Assembly (NCBI GenBank): GCA_038087875.1
Contig: CM075992.1
Location: 5,952,001-6,016,000 of the forward strand
Source of the DNA: Malacoraja senta
Taxonomy: Eukaryota
Direction: 5' to 3'
DNA length: 64,000 nt
Below, piece by piece: positions 22,641 to 36,128 of the stretch. The stretch's first letter is position 1. Every line of letters starts with the position of its first letter. The notes under the pieces are model-generated. The model was given only the letters and a program-made list of their open reading frames with translations, searched no databases and was not told the DNA's origin. Both the position numbers and the translations under genes were made by a program.

Positions 22641-25577
22641 CTACACAAGAAGAAAAGGACAACAGCCAAAAGTCAATCCAAATGGCAGAACGCAAGGAAT
22701 GCCTCGGTGCAGGCAAGAGCCTGAAGCAAAGTTGAATGATTTGGAATTCCAGAAGTTAGGGCCTCAGCGGTGATGGTGTAGCTTCAAATGGTACAGCAAT
22801 TACATTTGGGAATAAAGAGGAACGCAGCAGAAAATGGGCTGCCGGAGGAACTCAGCAAGTCAGGCAGAATTTGTGGAAGGAAATAGAATGGTGGCATTTC
22901 AGGTTGAGACCACTCATCTGGACTGAAAGAGGTGAGATGGCCGTATAAAGACATGAGGCAAATCTGTGATCTCCTGTCTCCACTTGAATGATCCAAGACT
23001 ATATGGCGCTAAAGGGCCATCGGAAAGTTAAGAATTTGTCAAGAGTCTGAAGACAGGTCCTGACCCAAAACATCACCTAGCCATGTTCTACAGGATGCTG
23101 CCCGACCCACTGAGTTACTTCAGCATTTTGAATTTTTCCCAGGATTTGTCAAGCCCTGGAAGGGATTTAAAAAACCGAGTGACAAGTGGGTAAGCAAGTT
23201 CAATGGGACAATGTGAAGAAGGTTACAGACACCTTAAGCTTGGGCCGAGTTGAAAAAGAGGGGCCAAGCATGCACTGGAATTGTAGAGTCTGGAGAAAAC
23301 AAAGTCATAAGACTTCAGATGCATAAGACTACAGCAGCGCACAGCAACATTACCAGAGTTGAAATAGAGGTACTGGAATGGCAGCACATGGCTTGAAACA
23401 CTACTGTGGGTCATGTAATAAACCAAAGTGGCAAATGGCCGTGTTCACTTTCAGATGAATGTCCGGGAGAGGGAAGGAGTCAACAGCTAAGAAATGGAAG
23501 CATGGCCTCTAATCTTCCGAATATTTACTTGAAAAAAATTTCTGCTTACATTTCTGGATTCTGACAAACTCTGATAGTTTAGAAACAGTAAAACAGTGCC
23601 GGGGAGAAAACACTTGGGCCATGTGTTTGCAAGTGAAAATTAAAACCGTGATTTTCACTGACATCTTCTTTCCTATAGTAACCCACTAAAGTCGAGCACA
23701 TCCCCTTTGTGCATTCACAACGACAATCTGGAAGCCAGTCAGATTCTCAACTCCAACATCAGAGTATTTGGGCTATGTTCTTGGCCAGTTTAAAAATCCC
23801 AACCAGAACATTCTGCGGTTCAATAAAATCTCAGACCTCAACTGAAATCACAACCAGTGACTACATTCAGTTTGTGGTAAGGAGATCTCAAGATCAATGC
23901 TTGACATGAGATACAAGCCATTGAGATAGATACATGTCAGAGCAAAACCTTGCAAGCCATGAATAAACACAGCTATGATGCGCTGCCTCAACTCAATCTC
24001 TACTTCGTTTCAATATTTAAAGAGATATCATGTTTCCTCGTAGCATAGGCTTAAACAGACTAAACTTCGGTGGCAGTTCCCAGCTTTTCTAATGCACAGA
24101 TTAAAAGCAAATATCAGCATGGGCAAATTTCAGCTTCAAATTTTCACTCTCATTTAAAATCGTAGGAGGCAGTAACTAAAATATTGAAAGGTATTTTGGA
24201 ATACACTAAGTTCCCTCCCCTCACCTCCATTCCATGCAGTTCAAATTCAGGCATCTGCTGAGGAAATTTTTCTCAGCGATGGGACTATCAATTCAATGAC
24301 ACAATTAAAAAGTCAAAAGCTAATCCACTGATATACAAGCAAAGCTGCAGCTCACAACCAGGACCACAGGTTATAAATGGATTGGTTTTGCTGTATTTTG
24401 TGGGGAGAGCTTACACAAAGTATTGTTGCTAACTCAAATGTTGTAGAAAATTTGTTAAAACATTAAAATAATTACTCCTGCCATTCTTCTCCAATCAGTT
24501 CCAGTAAGAATGTTTTAGACCAGGTAATATAAATTTTGGTAGCAGGGTATGAAGATATTTTAAACAAACAAACTTAAAAAAGCAGCATGAGTAATGAAAA
24601 ATTACAAGTAGGTAGCAAAGAGGAGGATGACCGAATGTTTAGTGCAGAAGGCAACAGATTATTTTCTGGGTGAGAAATTGCATTCGAAACAGTTCACCTG
24701 GAACAAGAATTAATCATTTCCTCAATGGCGAATTCCTAAACATATAGCACGTAGAGCAGTACCACACAGGTAGGTACAAGCCATTTAACCGATAATGTCC
24801 CTGCTGATCATGATACCAAGTTAAACTAATCTCTGCTTGCACGTGATTCACATCCCTCCATATCCATGTCCCTATCTAAAAACCTCTTAAACGCCACTTT
24901 TGTATCTACCTTCACCTACCTCCAACTAGCCCTGCACACTTTTAAACTTTGCCCTTCTGGACTTAAATCTATGTCCTCTAGGCTGTGTCATTTTCGTCTA
25001 CTCTATCATAATTTTACGTACTTCCATCAGGTCTTAATGGATCCACAGGGAAAAGCAGCAGACTGAATCGAAAGTGTGAGCAAGTATCCGGTGCCACTAA
25101 TCAACGGTAACTTGAGCCACAGTGTCTGGACTTGTGATCAGAGAGAAGCAATCTCATTTGTATTATGTCAGAAATCATCTTGTTGACTAGCTGAAACTAC
25201 TGGTCAGGATAGCAACTCTGCATTTCCACCTATGGACTGCTAACAACTGGCTGACAAGCTGCTAAGAAATCACTGCATTACTGCAAATATTATTCACATG
25301 CTTTATATTAATAAAGGTCATTTCAGTTTTAATAAATTCCACCCAATTCCAAACTCTGAGCTTCATCGCTTGGAATTTTCTGTTTGAAACCAGAACTTAT
25401 TTAAATAGCCGGAGGGGGAAACATTAGAAGTCAGTAAGGTGAAGGTTGCCAACCAGAAGGGAAGCATTAACTCTTTTTCTCTCCACAGATGCGACATAGT
25501 TTTATTATTAAATCAATGAAAGAAAGAGGGCGAGACAAGTACATGGATGATTTTAAAACAAGGGCATAAACTTTTAA

Positions 25578-27006
25578 AGGGCCTGTCCCACTTGGGCGAC
25601 CTAATCCGCGAGTTTGCCCTCGATTCATACTCGCAGCATAGATACATAGATACATAGAAAATAGGTGCAGGAGTAGGCCATTCGGCCCTTCGAGCCTGCA
25701 CCGCCATTCAATATGATCATGGCTGATCATCCAACTCAGTATCCCGTACCTGCCTTCTCTCCATACCCCCTAATCCCTTTAGCCACAAGGGCCACATCTA
25801 ACTCCCTCTTAAATATAGCCAATGAACTGGCCTCAACTACCCTCTGTGGCAGAGAGTTCCAGAGATTCACCACTCTCTGTGTGAAAAAGTTTTTTCTCAT
25901 CTCGGTCTTAAAGGATTTCCCCCTTATCCTTAAGCTGTGACCCCTTGTCCTGGCTTCCCCAACATCGGGAACAATCTTCCTGCATCTAGCCTGTCCAACC
26001 CCATAAGAATTTTGTACGTTTCTATAAGATCCCCTCTCAATCTCCTAAATTCTAGCGAGTATAAGCCGAGTCTATCCAGTCTTTCTTCATATGAAAGTCC
26101 TGACATCCCAGGAATCAGTCTGGTGAACCTTCTCTGTACTCCCTCTATGGCTATAATGTCCTTCCTCAGATTTGGAGACCAAAGCTGTACGCAATACTCC
26201 AGGTGTGGTCTCACCAAGACCCTGTACAACTGCAGTAGAACCTCCCTGCTCCTATACTCAAATCCTTTTGCAATGAAAGCTAACATACCATTCGCTTTCT
26301 TCACTGCCTGCTGCACCTGCATGCCTACTTTTAATGACTGGTGTACCATGACACCCACGTCTCGCTGCATCTCCCCTTTTCCTAATCGGCCACCATTTAG
26401 ATAATAGTCTGCTTTCCTGTTTTTGCCACCAAAGTGGATAACCTCACATTTATCCACATTATACTGCATCTGCCAAACATTTGCCCACTCACCCAGCCTA
26501 TCCAAGTCACCTTGCAGTCTCCTAGCATCCTCCTCACAGCTAGCATGGTCGACACGAGGTCGTAGGAGGTCTTCGTAACTCTCCTTCATGCTCGAGTGGT
26601 ACTCGAGGCCTCAGCTAGGTTGCGGCGTTTTTTCAATGTGTTAAAAAATGTCCGCGAGTCTCCATGGAAAAAAATCTATGCTTTTTTAACTCGTAGGTTT
26701 AGTCGTAGTACGTCGTAGTAGGTCGGCATGTTAGTCGTAGGTAATCGAGGGTAGTCTAAAGTAGTCATAGATAGTCTTCATCATAGTCGAAGGGAGGTCG
26801 AAGGAGATCAAAGGAGGTCGTCTTCACTCTCCACTATTCGGTGTCCAATTTTCCCGAAGTTAGTCGTAGCTAGTCGAAGCTAATCTTCAACATAGTCGAA
26901 GGAGTTCGAAGGAGGACTTCTACATAGTCGAAGGAGTTCTTCTACATGGCATTTTTTCAAACTCTTCTAAACTCGCCAATTAGGTCGCCCAAGTGGGGCA
27001 GCCCCT
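25578..27006. mobile_element. PIF/Harbinger-like non-autonomous DNA transposon (MITE) interrupted by CR1
   Basis: Terminal inverted repeats AGGGCCTGTCCCACTTGGGCGACCTAAT / ATTAGGTCGCCCAAGTGGGGCAGCCCCT. TAA on both flanks (25575-25577 and 27007-27009). Confidence 0.85.
25640..26541 (-). mobile_element. 5'-truncated young CR1-clade LINE nested in a MITE
   Basis: 219-aa ORF with LYRVLVRPHLEYCVQLWSP...RRLRGDLIETYKI. 8-nt tandem tail (catagata)n on +. AGCAT direct repeat at 25635-25639 and 26542-26546. Confidence 0.93.
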
Positions 27007-30000
27007 TAAATCTTTGTCTTGTTATATTCTGAGTAACCCTGGTATTTTATGTGTCTATTTCAAATTCACAGCATTTATATGATTTTGCTTTTTAATGTTC
27101 TACTTGCAATTAGTCTATCAACGTACTGAGTGCTGAGTAATCAGTTGTGCCATCAAGTCAACAATTCTGTAGATTATTTTTTCATTTGAGGACAATACGC
27201 ATTCAAACATTATGAAGTAAAGAAATCACAGGAACATTACGATTCAAGATTGGACATCAAATTAAAGAAATATTAGGGCAGAAGACCAAAATTTTGGGCA
27301 AAGGTAAGTTTTAAAACATTTTGCAGGAGGAGAGAGAAATTGAATGATATAGAAAGAGAATTCCAAGTGATGAAATCTAGATTACAGACAAGGATATAAT
27401 TTATTTAAGTACAGGCATCATAGTTTTAGAAGTAAAGGCAATTAAAGCAAGAGGGTGAGACAAGAATGTGGAATGATTTAAAACAATGGCACAAACTTTT
27501 AAGTCTTTGTCTTGTTATATTATGACCCATTAAAAAAAGAACTTATTAGTAGGTTGGCTGCCACTGGCGTCACCGGCATTGACTGTCCATTCCTATTTGC
27601 CCCTGAAATAAGGATGTAACTAAAAATCAACAACATTGAGAGAACGGCCAAACGAGCAATGGGCCCCTAGGGCAAGTTAGGACAAGCGTAGCAGGATTTG
27701 GGAGAATGACGACAACAGAAATAGTTTAGAAGTGTCTAGATGTAAAAACGGGATGGATGAAAGTTACAGCAGGGGTGATGCAGGTAAAGTTATAAAGTTC
27801 AAAGTAGAATGAAGGGCTGACCAGCGGTAGAAGCTTATTTCAGGCTCAAGTACAACACCAAGGCTGTGTAAACTCTGATTCGGCCATCGCTTATTGCCAG
27901 GAAGTAAAATGGAGTCAATGCCTTGGGAACAGAGTTTGGTCCTAAAACAATGGCTCCTAACAAGAGCATTTCCTTTTATAAACTTCTCAATTGTTGTCTT
28001 AATCCGTTAGGATTCAAATTACGAAGCAACATATGCACCAACAACTGCACTAAAAATGCGTTTTTGTGAAGGCAAAATTCCAAGATAAAATTTGGCAACT
28101 TTATTAGAATGCCAAATACAAAAAATTAGCCGCAAGATCTTAGAAATTCTTTGTTATTTGCAACAAAGCTGTTGCACTAGTCTATCTTCTGAAGGAAGAA
28201 ATCTAAGTACTAAACATGAATTAAGACATAAATAGGTTTACCCAAAGCAAAATGAAGGCAAACAAAACTCTACATTTCAGCTTCTTTCATTAAGTTGATA
28301 TGAGGATACTGATCTCAAGTATGGGTTTTTAGTTAATTAGCCGGAGATAATTCCAGGTTGCAGAGACGTGGTAAATTACAGCTTCCGTGCAGAAACTAAT
28401 AGAGTTATTAAATGCAGTGTTGTTGAAACAGTCATGCAATCAAGAAAAATGCCTAACACTAAAGAAATCTCTGGAGCATCTGCGATCATCAGCAACTAGC
28501 ATGCAGTCCTCCAATCTTCAAGGAAATAAATCTTGCACAACATAAATATTTGTGGTCATGCTGCTGACCAAATTATAGATCTAAACAAGAGCCACATTAA
28601 ATGGTGAACTTCCATCAAATCAAAATGAAGAGTCTCTGACTACAAAAGTAGAGGTTAGCTTACTTTCAATTGTGAACTTAAATATTTTTATGAATTTAAA
28701 TTAAGAATGACATTTTTTGATACTTTTATGCATTCTTGGGTCAAAACATTTATCCTTCCAGCTTATAATGAAGCACATATCACTATTTATCTTACTTGAG
28801 AATGTGCACTAAATTAAATAGCTTTTTAGTGTAGATTTCCTTGCAATATTAGTTTTTGTACTTAAAATTATTTTTTTAACTTGCATGAATTAAAACGTTT
28901 ACTGGGTTTTATCCCTCAAGTTTCTTTTACAATGGATAGTGTCAAAGAATTAGAAACTCCAAAGTTAGAAATACTGCTGGAATATTTAATATTTAAAAAT
29001 GCCTTAATTATGATTTCCCATTCCTCGCTTCTAGTCTTGCCATTACCTTTCATAGCTTTTGACAATTCATAGAACTTAGCAAATTTAGTGAAGTGTTTGG
29101 TGTGGGGGGAAAAAATGTATACTGATTTTTTGTTTGATCAATCATCTCCCAAGCATCTATGGCAGAACTGAAAACCAAATTGAAAAGTAGGAATTTTCTC
29201 CAGGTGCTCTCAAACAAAAGTAATTTAGGCCTGCAAAAATACTTGCATAATACCAAGTAAATGAGTATTGTTGTTTTATTCAATGAATCTGACATCAGCA
29301 CCTGAACCTTCTGAACATATATAGCTTAAGAGTTTGATAAATCATTTTGGCTGCTATTAACGGATGCTTATTAGTTATAAATATTTATAAATAACCCCTT
29401 ATTATTTTATTGTTGCTTCACTCCTATCCAAATTTAGAATGATAAAGTCTGAACAAGTCTACAGAATCATGAGTGCAAAGTCCACATTTTCAACACCAGA
29501 GGGCTGAAGATTTACGTGAATATTAACCGACCGTGAACTTTTAATGTTTAAAGCTAGCTTTACATAAAATGAGAGAGCCAAATTTCACATGGGTACCTCC
29601 ATGAAGTAAAGATTAAAGCTTCTTCTGGTCACTAATTCCTCTGCTATGTTCCACTGTTCACTTCAACCATTCATCTCATTTTGACAAACTTTCTAACCTT
29701 AATCAGCAAGGTGGAAAAAGAGGTGTTTCCTCATGAAGCATTATTCGCAATAACTAACTATCTGTGTTTATGCTAGAAAGAAACACGATGGGGAAATATC
29801 TATAATGTTACTCCCAACCATTCCATGGGGATAAATAACTAACTTACATCATACGGAAAATAACCATACAGTCACAGAGTCATACCCTTTGGCCCAACTT
29901 GCCCATTCTGACCAAGATGCCCCCCTGTGCCACCTGCCCGCGTTTGGCCCATATCCCTCCAAGCATTTCCTATCCACGTACCTGTCCAAATGTCTTTTAA

Positions 30001-31268
30001 ATATTGTTATAGTACCTGCCTCAACTACTCTCTTCTGGCTGCTGGTTCCGTTTACGTGAAAACAACCACTTGGAACAAGTACCAGATAAATATCAGCCAG
30101 TAATAGCTTAACCGCAATCCCAAAATGATGAAAGACATGGTGGGGGACTTAGAATACGCTTAGATTGACATCTAATTTGGGAAAGTTATTAGAATATGCA
30201 TATCAGCACTGAAATACAAAGCACTTCCAGAAATTTAGGTAAATTAAAGACATAAGCCAGGGTCGATCAGTAGGGCATTTCAAATGACAACAATAAAAAG
30301 TGAGGAGCTAAATTGTGACATGGAGTTGTTCATGAATTTATTCTTGATTAACTTCCAGAAAGTACAGTCAATGAGTTAAAATAATGCTTGTATTTGAAGG
30401 TGTATATATATAATCAATCAATTTAGGTGGATGGTTAGGCAATATAAAGCAGACTGCAGGGATAGTGGGCATGGAGTCAAAGTGAAAGGTTACGGGGAGG
30501 GGTTTGAGGGGGAGGGGGGAAATAGATCAGCCATCACCAAATAGTGGAGCATGTTCGATGGGATGAATGGCCTATCTCTGCTCCGATGTCTTATGGAAAG
30601 TGACTGGTTGAATTTTAAAAGGCTCTACTTGGGAATGCCGCTTATTAATGATTGGGATAATATATTAGAGAACCAAACATCCAAGTTTGTTAACTACGTT
30701 AATGGAATAGTAAGTAGTGCAAACAGAAATAGAAAATCACAAAAGGATGTTGACTGATTTAATGAACAGGTAAAACTGTGGCAAGTGCACTTCAACACAT
30801 TGATTAAAGGAAGGGCTGTCTACACAAAAATCAGATAATACTTGTAATTAGTATCTTTTACATCAGCTCATCTACACGTTGCTAAAATATCTATCTTTAT
30901 GTGCAAGCAGCTAAAATTGCTGCCACACCATGGATGTATATGTATTGTGACTAAACCCTAACATATCACTGCAACTAAACCCGAATAAAAGGACAACTTT
31001 CCTGGTCTGTACATATCGAGATAAACTAATAACACTGCCAACATTGTGGATGTCACAACATGGCCAGTATGTTTTGATCATTGATAAATTTTGTCCTTTC
31101 AAAAGTCTGCTCCACTTAGAAGGGCAATGGTGTTCCTCTTACAAGAGTAATGCAACAGCAACACCACTTGCCAAGCCTGTCAATACATGTAATCAGGGCA
31201 ACGCAATGAAGTAAGATGTTGTTCCTCAAGTACCCAACTGCAGTCACACACTCTAGCTAATATCTGGC

Positions 31269-31482
31269 TTTAGTTTAGTTTAGAGATACAGCGTGGAAAC
31301 AGGCCCTTCGGCCCACCGAGTGTGGGAGGAAATCGAAGATCTCGAAGAAAACCCAAGCAGGTCACAGGGAGAATGTACAAACTTGGTACAGACAAATACA
31401 CGTAGGCAGGATTGAACCTGGGTCTCTGGCAATGTTAGCGCTCTAAGGCATCACCTCTACCGCTGTGCCACTGTGCCACCCA
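31269..31482 (-). mobile_element. V-SINE with internal deletion
   Basis: Tail (tttag)n gagatacagcgtggaaacaggcccttcggccc is joined directly to the V-domain and head. Confidence 0.8.
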
Positions 31483-31661
31483 GTCCTTACAAATGCGTTG
31501 GTCCTTATAAAAGTGATAGGTTATTCCTTCCACATTTTTTCATCACTTGCCTATTACCCAGTGCAGAACATTCACTTGTGAATTATCCCGAGTAAAATTA
31601 ATTTTGAGCAATGACTGTGGGTAATTACATAAGTGTTCATCCCTGTGATGTGCACTGTGTT

Positions 31662-31912
31662 GGGGTGGCACAGCAAGTAGAGCTGCTGCCTCACAGCGCC
31701 AGAGATCAAGGGGAGAAGGTAGGAGAATGTGGTTAGGAAGGAGAGATAGATCAGCCATGATTGAATGGCGGAGTAGACTTGATGGGCCAAATGGCCTAAT
31801 TCTATTCCTATCACTTATGATCTTATGATGATTCTGACCTAGGGTGCTGTCTTTGTGCATATATGCACGTTCTCCGTGTGACCACATGAGTTTCCTCCTG
31901 GTGCTCTGGCTT
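31662..31912 (+). mobile_element. V-SINE 5' half interrupted by a CR1 3'-tail fragment (~31707-31828)
   Basis: SINE head, then gatcagccatgattgaatggcggagtagacttgatgggccaaatggcctaattc, then the SINE resumes at gattctgacctagggtgctgtc. Confidence 0.7.
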
Positions 31913-33319
31913 TCATTAACTACAGTTATGACAAAGCGTCAACGTTGAGGATTCAATGTTTTGCAGTTCTCCTGCTGTGTACAGCATGATTGCCGTGTAA
32001 AAATAATGCAACTGATGAGTGCCCAACAAATTGCTGAAGAGGACAATACAAAATCAAATTCCAGATCTTATTTTATATCTTCATTTAATTATTTTTTTTT
32101 AAAATGGAAAATCATTCGAGAACATGATAGTTGAAAGCCATTTTAACTGCTAAAACTAAATGGGTCATTTATTCTAAACACTGCTGAGATTTGCAAGCAT
32201 TTGGCGAAAAATCTGTCTCCTCAGGCAGGGAATGGAGAGATACGGATAATGTGCAGATCAGAGTTGGGACTACGGATCCTGTTGTGGGCCGAAGGGCTTG
32301 TTCCTGTGCTGTTCTGCTCTACGTTCATTACTCTGTCCCAAGGCAAAAATAGAGCCTTGACAGAAAGCTATAAAATAAAAAAAAAATGGGAGGATTGAGT
32401 CCTGGTAAAATAACTTCAAAGACTTTTATTTTAATAGTCAGAGCTACACTGCACTTGCAGTAAACATGCAAGTGCAGCAAACACAGAGCTCATTCAACAG
32501 GCCATTTGCAACGGTTCACAAGGATGAATAACTACCAGTTAAGAAAAATCAGCAATGGGTAATAAATGCTAGCCTTGTCAGTAGTGCTCAAATACCGAGA
32601 GCAAATTAGGAAACAAGAATTGGAGACTGAAAATGGTAGTTGCATAAATATTACCAAATAAAATGCAATGCACTCACGTGGATTATGGGATATTGGTTTG
32701 CAATGGATGTCCTTCATTTTAAATAGGTATACCGGAAAATATCAAGGTAAGATCAAACAAACAGAAAATCTCACTAAATTTGCTGTTAGAAGTGCATGGG
32801 TCCACCTTTTCAGGAGTTTTTAAACGATTGCCAGCGTACCAGCTTATCTAGGATTTTAGTACGGAAATATTTCTGTAACTTTGAAGAGACGTTATAAATA
32901 TTGGGTAAACTTTCAACCTCTCCCCCATCCAACAGTGATACATCATTCAGCGGCTAAGGCAACTGAACTAACAGCTTCTAAATAGTCAGATGCTATCAAT
33001 ATGGTGTTACAAGGTCCAGGACATTGTTAGTGAGGGTTAGGTATCTGCCATAACTAGTCTTCTGCACCAAAATTACAGAAGAACAAAAACATTATTAAAA
33101 TGTAAAGAAGTCCTTAGTTGTTTTTTTTAGCTAAAAGGGCTTCACAGGAACTGGCTCTTAAAGTGGTAGGTGAAATCTGACAGTTAGCCTGTCTTTATTT
33201 GGAGTTCCAACCTACGCCTTTAAGATGAGAACGCTGCACAGAAACAAGTGACCAATTTTTCTTTTTCTTTTTTTATAATTCTGTCAACATGTTTGCTTAA
33301 ACACCGAACACAAACTTAC

Positions 33320-33808
33320 TTCTCTTTTTCTTTGGATGGGGCTCCTCGTCCTCGGATGGCATGGAGGAGCTTGGGGTGCATTCAGTTATGTTGCTTTGGC
33401 TCAGATCAGTGGGAGTGTAGCACTCGTTCGGAGGCATTTTGTCTGTCTCTGGATTCTTCTGCACCGGTGAGGTTGGGAAGCCCAGCTCTACTGTTTTGGG
33501 CTGCACCGGCTCCAACTTCACTGTCTTACCCCCTGGCAATGAACACAGCTCCCCTGGCAACTCCTTAACTATTGATTTGATATTGTTTCTGATGGGCTTT
33601 GGAAGGGGGCGATCCTGCACACAGTTCACAGAGGTACCGGGGCTAATGTTGGGCTTCTGGCGGATCCATTCCCTCAGGGTGTCTATCGGTGAGCCGTTGA
33701 TGTGCCATTCAGTCACCCCGAACTGTCTGAGATGGGCTCTGGCATGGCTGGCTAAAGCTTTCCGGTTTTCAAAGTAGTGGCCACATAATTCGCAGCAAGT
33801 GTCTGCAG
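33320..33808 (-). CDS. WIZ: WIZ zinc-finger exon (CCELCG...KALASHARAH)
   Basis: Encodes ADTCCELCGHYFENRKALASHARAHLRQFGVTEWHINGSPIDTLREWI...HPKKKR. 489 nt, phase 1-1, GTAAGT donor. A second in-frame acceptor lies 6 nt inside (start 33802). Confidence 0.95.
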
Positions 33809-34159
33809 CTGCAGGGAAGAGACCAGGACACAAATCAACTTCTTAATGTGACTCCAGTCGCTTCATTATGCAGCTATCAAATTAATGTACAACAGTCCCA
33901 ATTGTAAAGACTGGAGTTTGTTCTGTACATGCTGAGCTAAGATATTTGGTGCATTGATGGTGGTTAGTCCAGCCATTAAGCCCATGCCAAATTATCAACA
34001 TTTAAATCAGTCCCAATCATCCGCTCATCTACCTTTTTTAAATTACATTTATCAAATATTTATCCATCGTCCTCCCAAAGTGCATTATTATGTGTGTCAG
34101 GGAGCATTCTCCTAATCCTAATAAACCTGTGCTTACATAAGCTTATAATTCTGCCCTCT

Positions 34160-34219
34160 TATTAAAACCCTTTTGAATTGAACTACAGGGTATTAAAACC
34201 CTTTTGAATTCAACTACAG
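34160..34219 (+). repeat. 31-bp tandem duplication
   Basis: tattaaaacccttttgaatt(g/c)aactacag occurs twice. Confidence 0.9.
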
Positions 34220-35576
34220 CTCCCACCATCCAATCGTAATGGAAAAATGCTCCAAGAGATGACGTGGATTCCAGTGCATAAATCTGCAGAGAAGCGAATT
34301 ATAGGTTCAATGTGGGCTTTTCCTGTTGGTTGAGTAAGTATAGAAAATGACTCTGAGCTGCTGACCAGGGATGGTTTCTGTGTTGAGTTAGCTGGTCTCA
34401 GCCAGGAACAAAGTGAGAGAACTACAAGTGATGGGACAACCTGTTGGGGCAAAGGAGGAGACTAAAATAAATCTTGTTAGGATTTCTGATCTGGATTTCT
34501 TATGATATGCGACAGGACTTAGGGCAAGGTCAAGATCAGACCCAGTTGCATTGCTCTCCATGGTTTAAATCTGTAGATATTCTCAGTCTAGGGCTCCAAT
34601 GTGAAGAATGCATACATAAAGGACTGGTCCCAACCTTAAGACCTGCAAACGAGAAAGCCAGTGCCTGAAGGAGACAAAGAGAAACTGGAAAAAACACAAG
34701 TAAAATAAGAATCGCCTTTCCACACAACGAGTTTGCTTTATCACGACAAGAGATTGTTTTCTAATTACTCTACTTTGAGCCCTTAAATGTCCAGTTAATG
34801 TTTAATATCAAAGAGTTCATGCAAGATACCTGCGGTTTAAACTCCCACCCTTGGCACTAATACCATGAGAAATAAAAATACAGCGATATTTAGTGGAATA
34901 AAAATGGCTTTTTAATAGATTTGAATAAGTAATTTTACCTCTTGTTTCCACCTGCTGTTAATCATTTAGAGATGAGCAGATGAAACCCATGAAGAAGAAA
35001 CTCAAATGAAACAGTAACGTTATCTCGAAATGTAAAGATAATCAGGTAGATTATTAATGCATCATGGTATCCAAAAGATTGAAATTTGTTTAAGGCCAAT
35101 CCTTTTCAATAAAATAAATGAATACCAGCCTTGGAATTCAGCTATACTCTCATTATGAGGAGTTTTTTTGTTTAAAATGACCAACTTTAACCTTGTGCAG
35201 CCATTCATCTGTCTTCATTGCTGAAGAGATAGGTTCAGAAAATGTCACCTTGTCATGTAGATGTCACCTTGGCTATTAAGTTCTTGACATGCCTGTAGCC
35301 TTTCAGCTGTGAAATATTTTCTCTCTCATGAAAAGCTGCACAAATTAGCTTTAGATATCGTCCTTCTCTCTAGGAAACTCAACGCGTGCTTCAATGCACG
35401 GTCAGGTCAGTGTACACAGGTTGTAAAGAAAATTGGGTAACCTGGACATTTTTCTTGCAAACAGCTGCTGAGAAGCAGTCCCAGATGTACAGAGCAGCTT
35501 GCCCACTGATCAATTATATGGTGCCATAACATGCAGCACGGTGAAAGAAAAAAGTACTCGAAGTAGACTGACTTAC

Positions 35577-36128
35577 CAATTACCGGTGTCGTTGTCACCT
35601 TCTCCTGTGGAGACCAAATGGCCTTCGGCTTATAGGAACCCGATTCCGTATAGCTGGGCTTCAATTCATGTGTCATGGTTCTTTCATCTGGCATGGATTT
35701 CTTTAGTGATGCAGTCGATACAAAACCCATGGGTATTTTCTTTCCCAGAGGTGACAAGGTTGGATGTTGGCTGTTAGATGTATAGGTCAATACTTTTCTA
35801 GTTGGGGGCGTCAGATGCTTTTGATGCATCACCTTAATGGGTGACTTAATAATATGTCCAAATGGCTTAGCAATGGGTTTCTCCCCGTATTTGTAGTTCT
35901 GGGGGTGCTGTTGCAGCCCCCGTTGCTCTGGGTCGTGGCCAAATGGTTCATGCTTCCCCTTTCTTTTCATCAGCTCCTTCAGTGTGTCAATCGGTGAACC
36001 GTTCACTGTCCATTCCGTCACCCCAAACTGCCTCAGATGCGACCTGGCATGGCTCGACAGTCCCTTGCGATTCTCAAAGTATTCACCACAGAATTCACAA
36101 CGGACATCTTTGCTAGGTTGATCAACTG
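35577..36128 (-). CDS. WIZ: WIZ zinc-finger exon (DVRCEFCGEYFENRKGLSSHARSH)
   Basis: 552 nt, phase 1-1. CAGCAG tandem acceptor (starts 36128 or 36125) and GTAAGT donor. Confidence 0.95.

Noticed and set aside
25930-26589. 219-aa ORF as a host gene or domesticated RT
   Set aside because: It is the 5'-truncated C-terminal part of CR1 ORF2 fused by chance to MITE sequence. It lacks the catalytic RT core and is frameshifted at its end.
26547-26960. CpG island, promoter, foreign DNA or CRISPR-like array
   Set aside because: It lies between the terminal inverted repeats of a MITE. The repeats are short and irregular with no unique spacers, and the context is a vertebrate intron.
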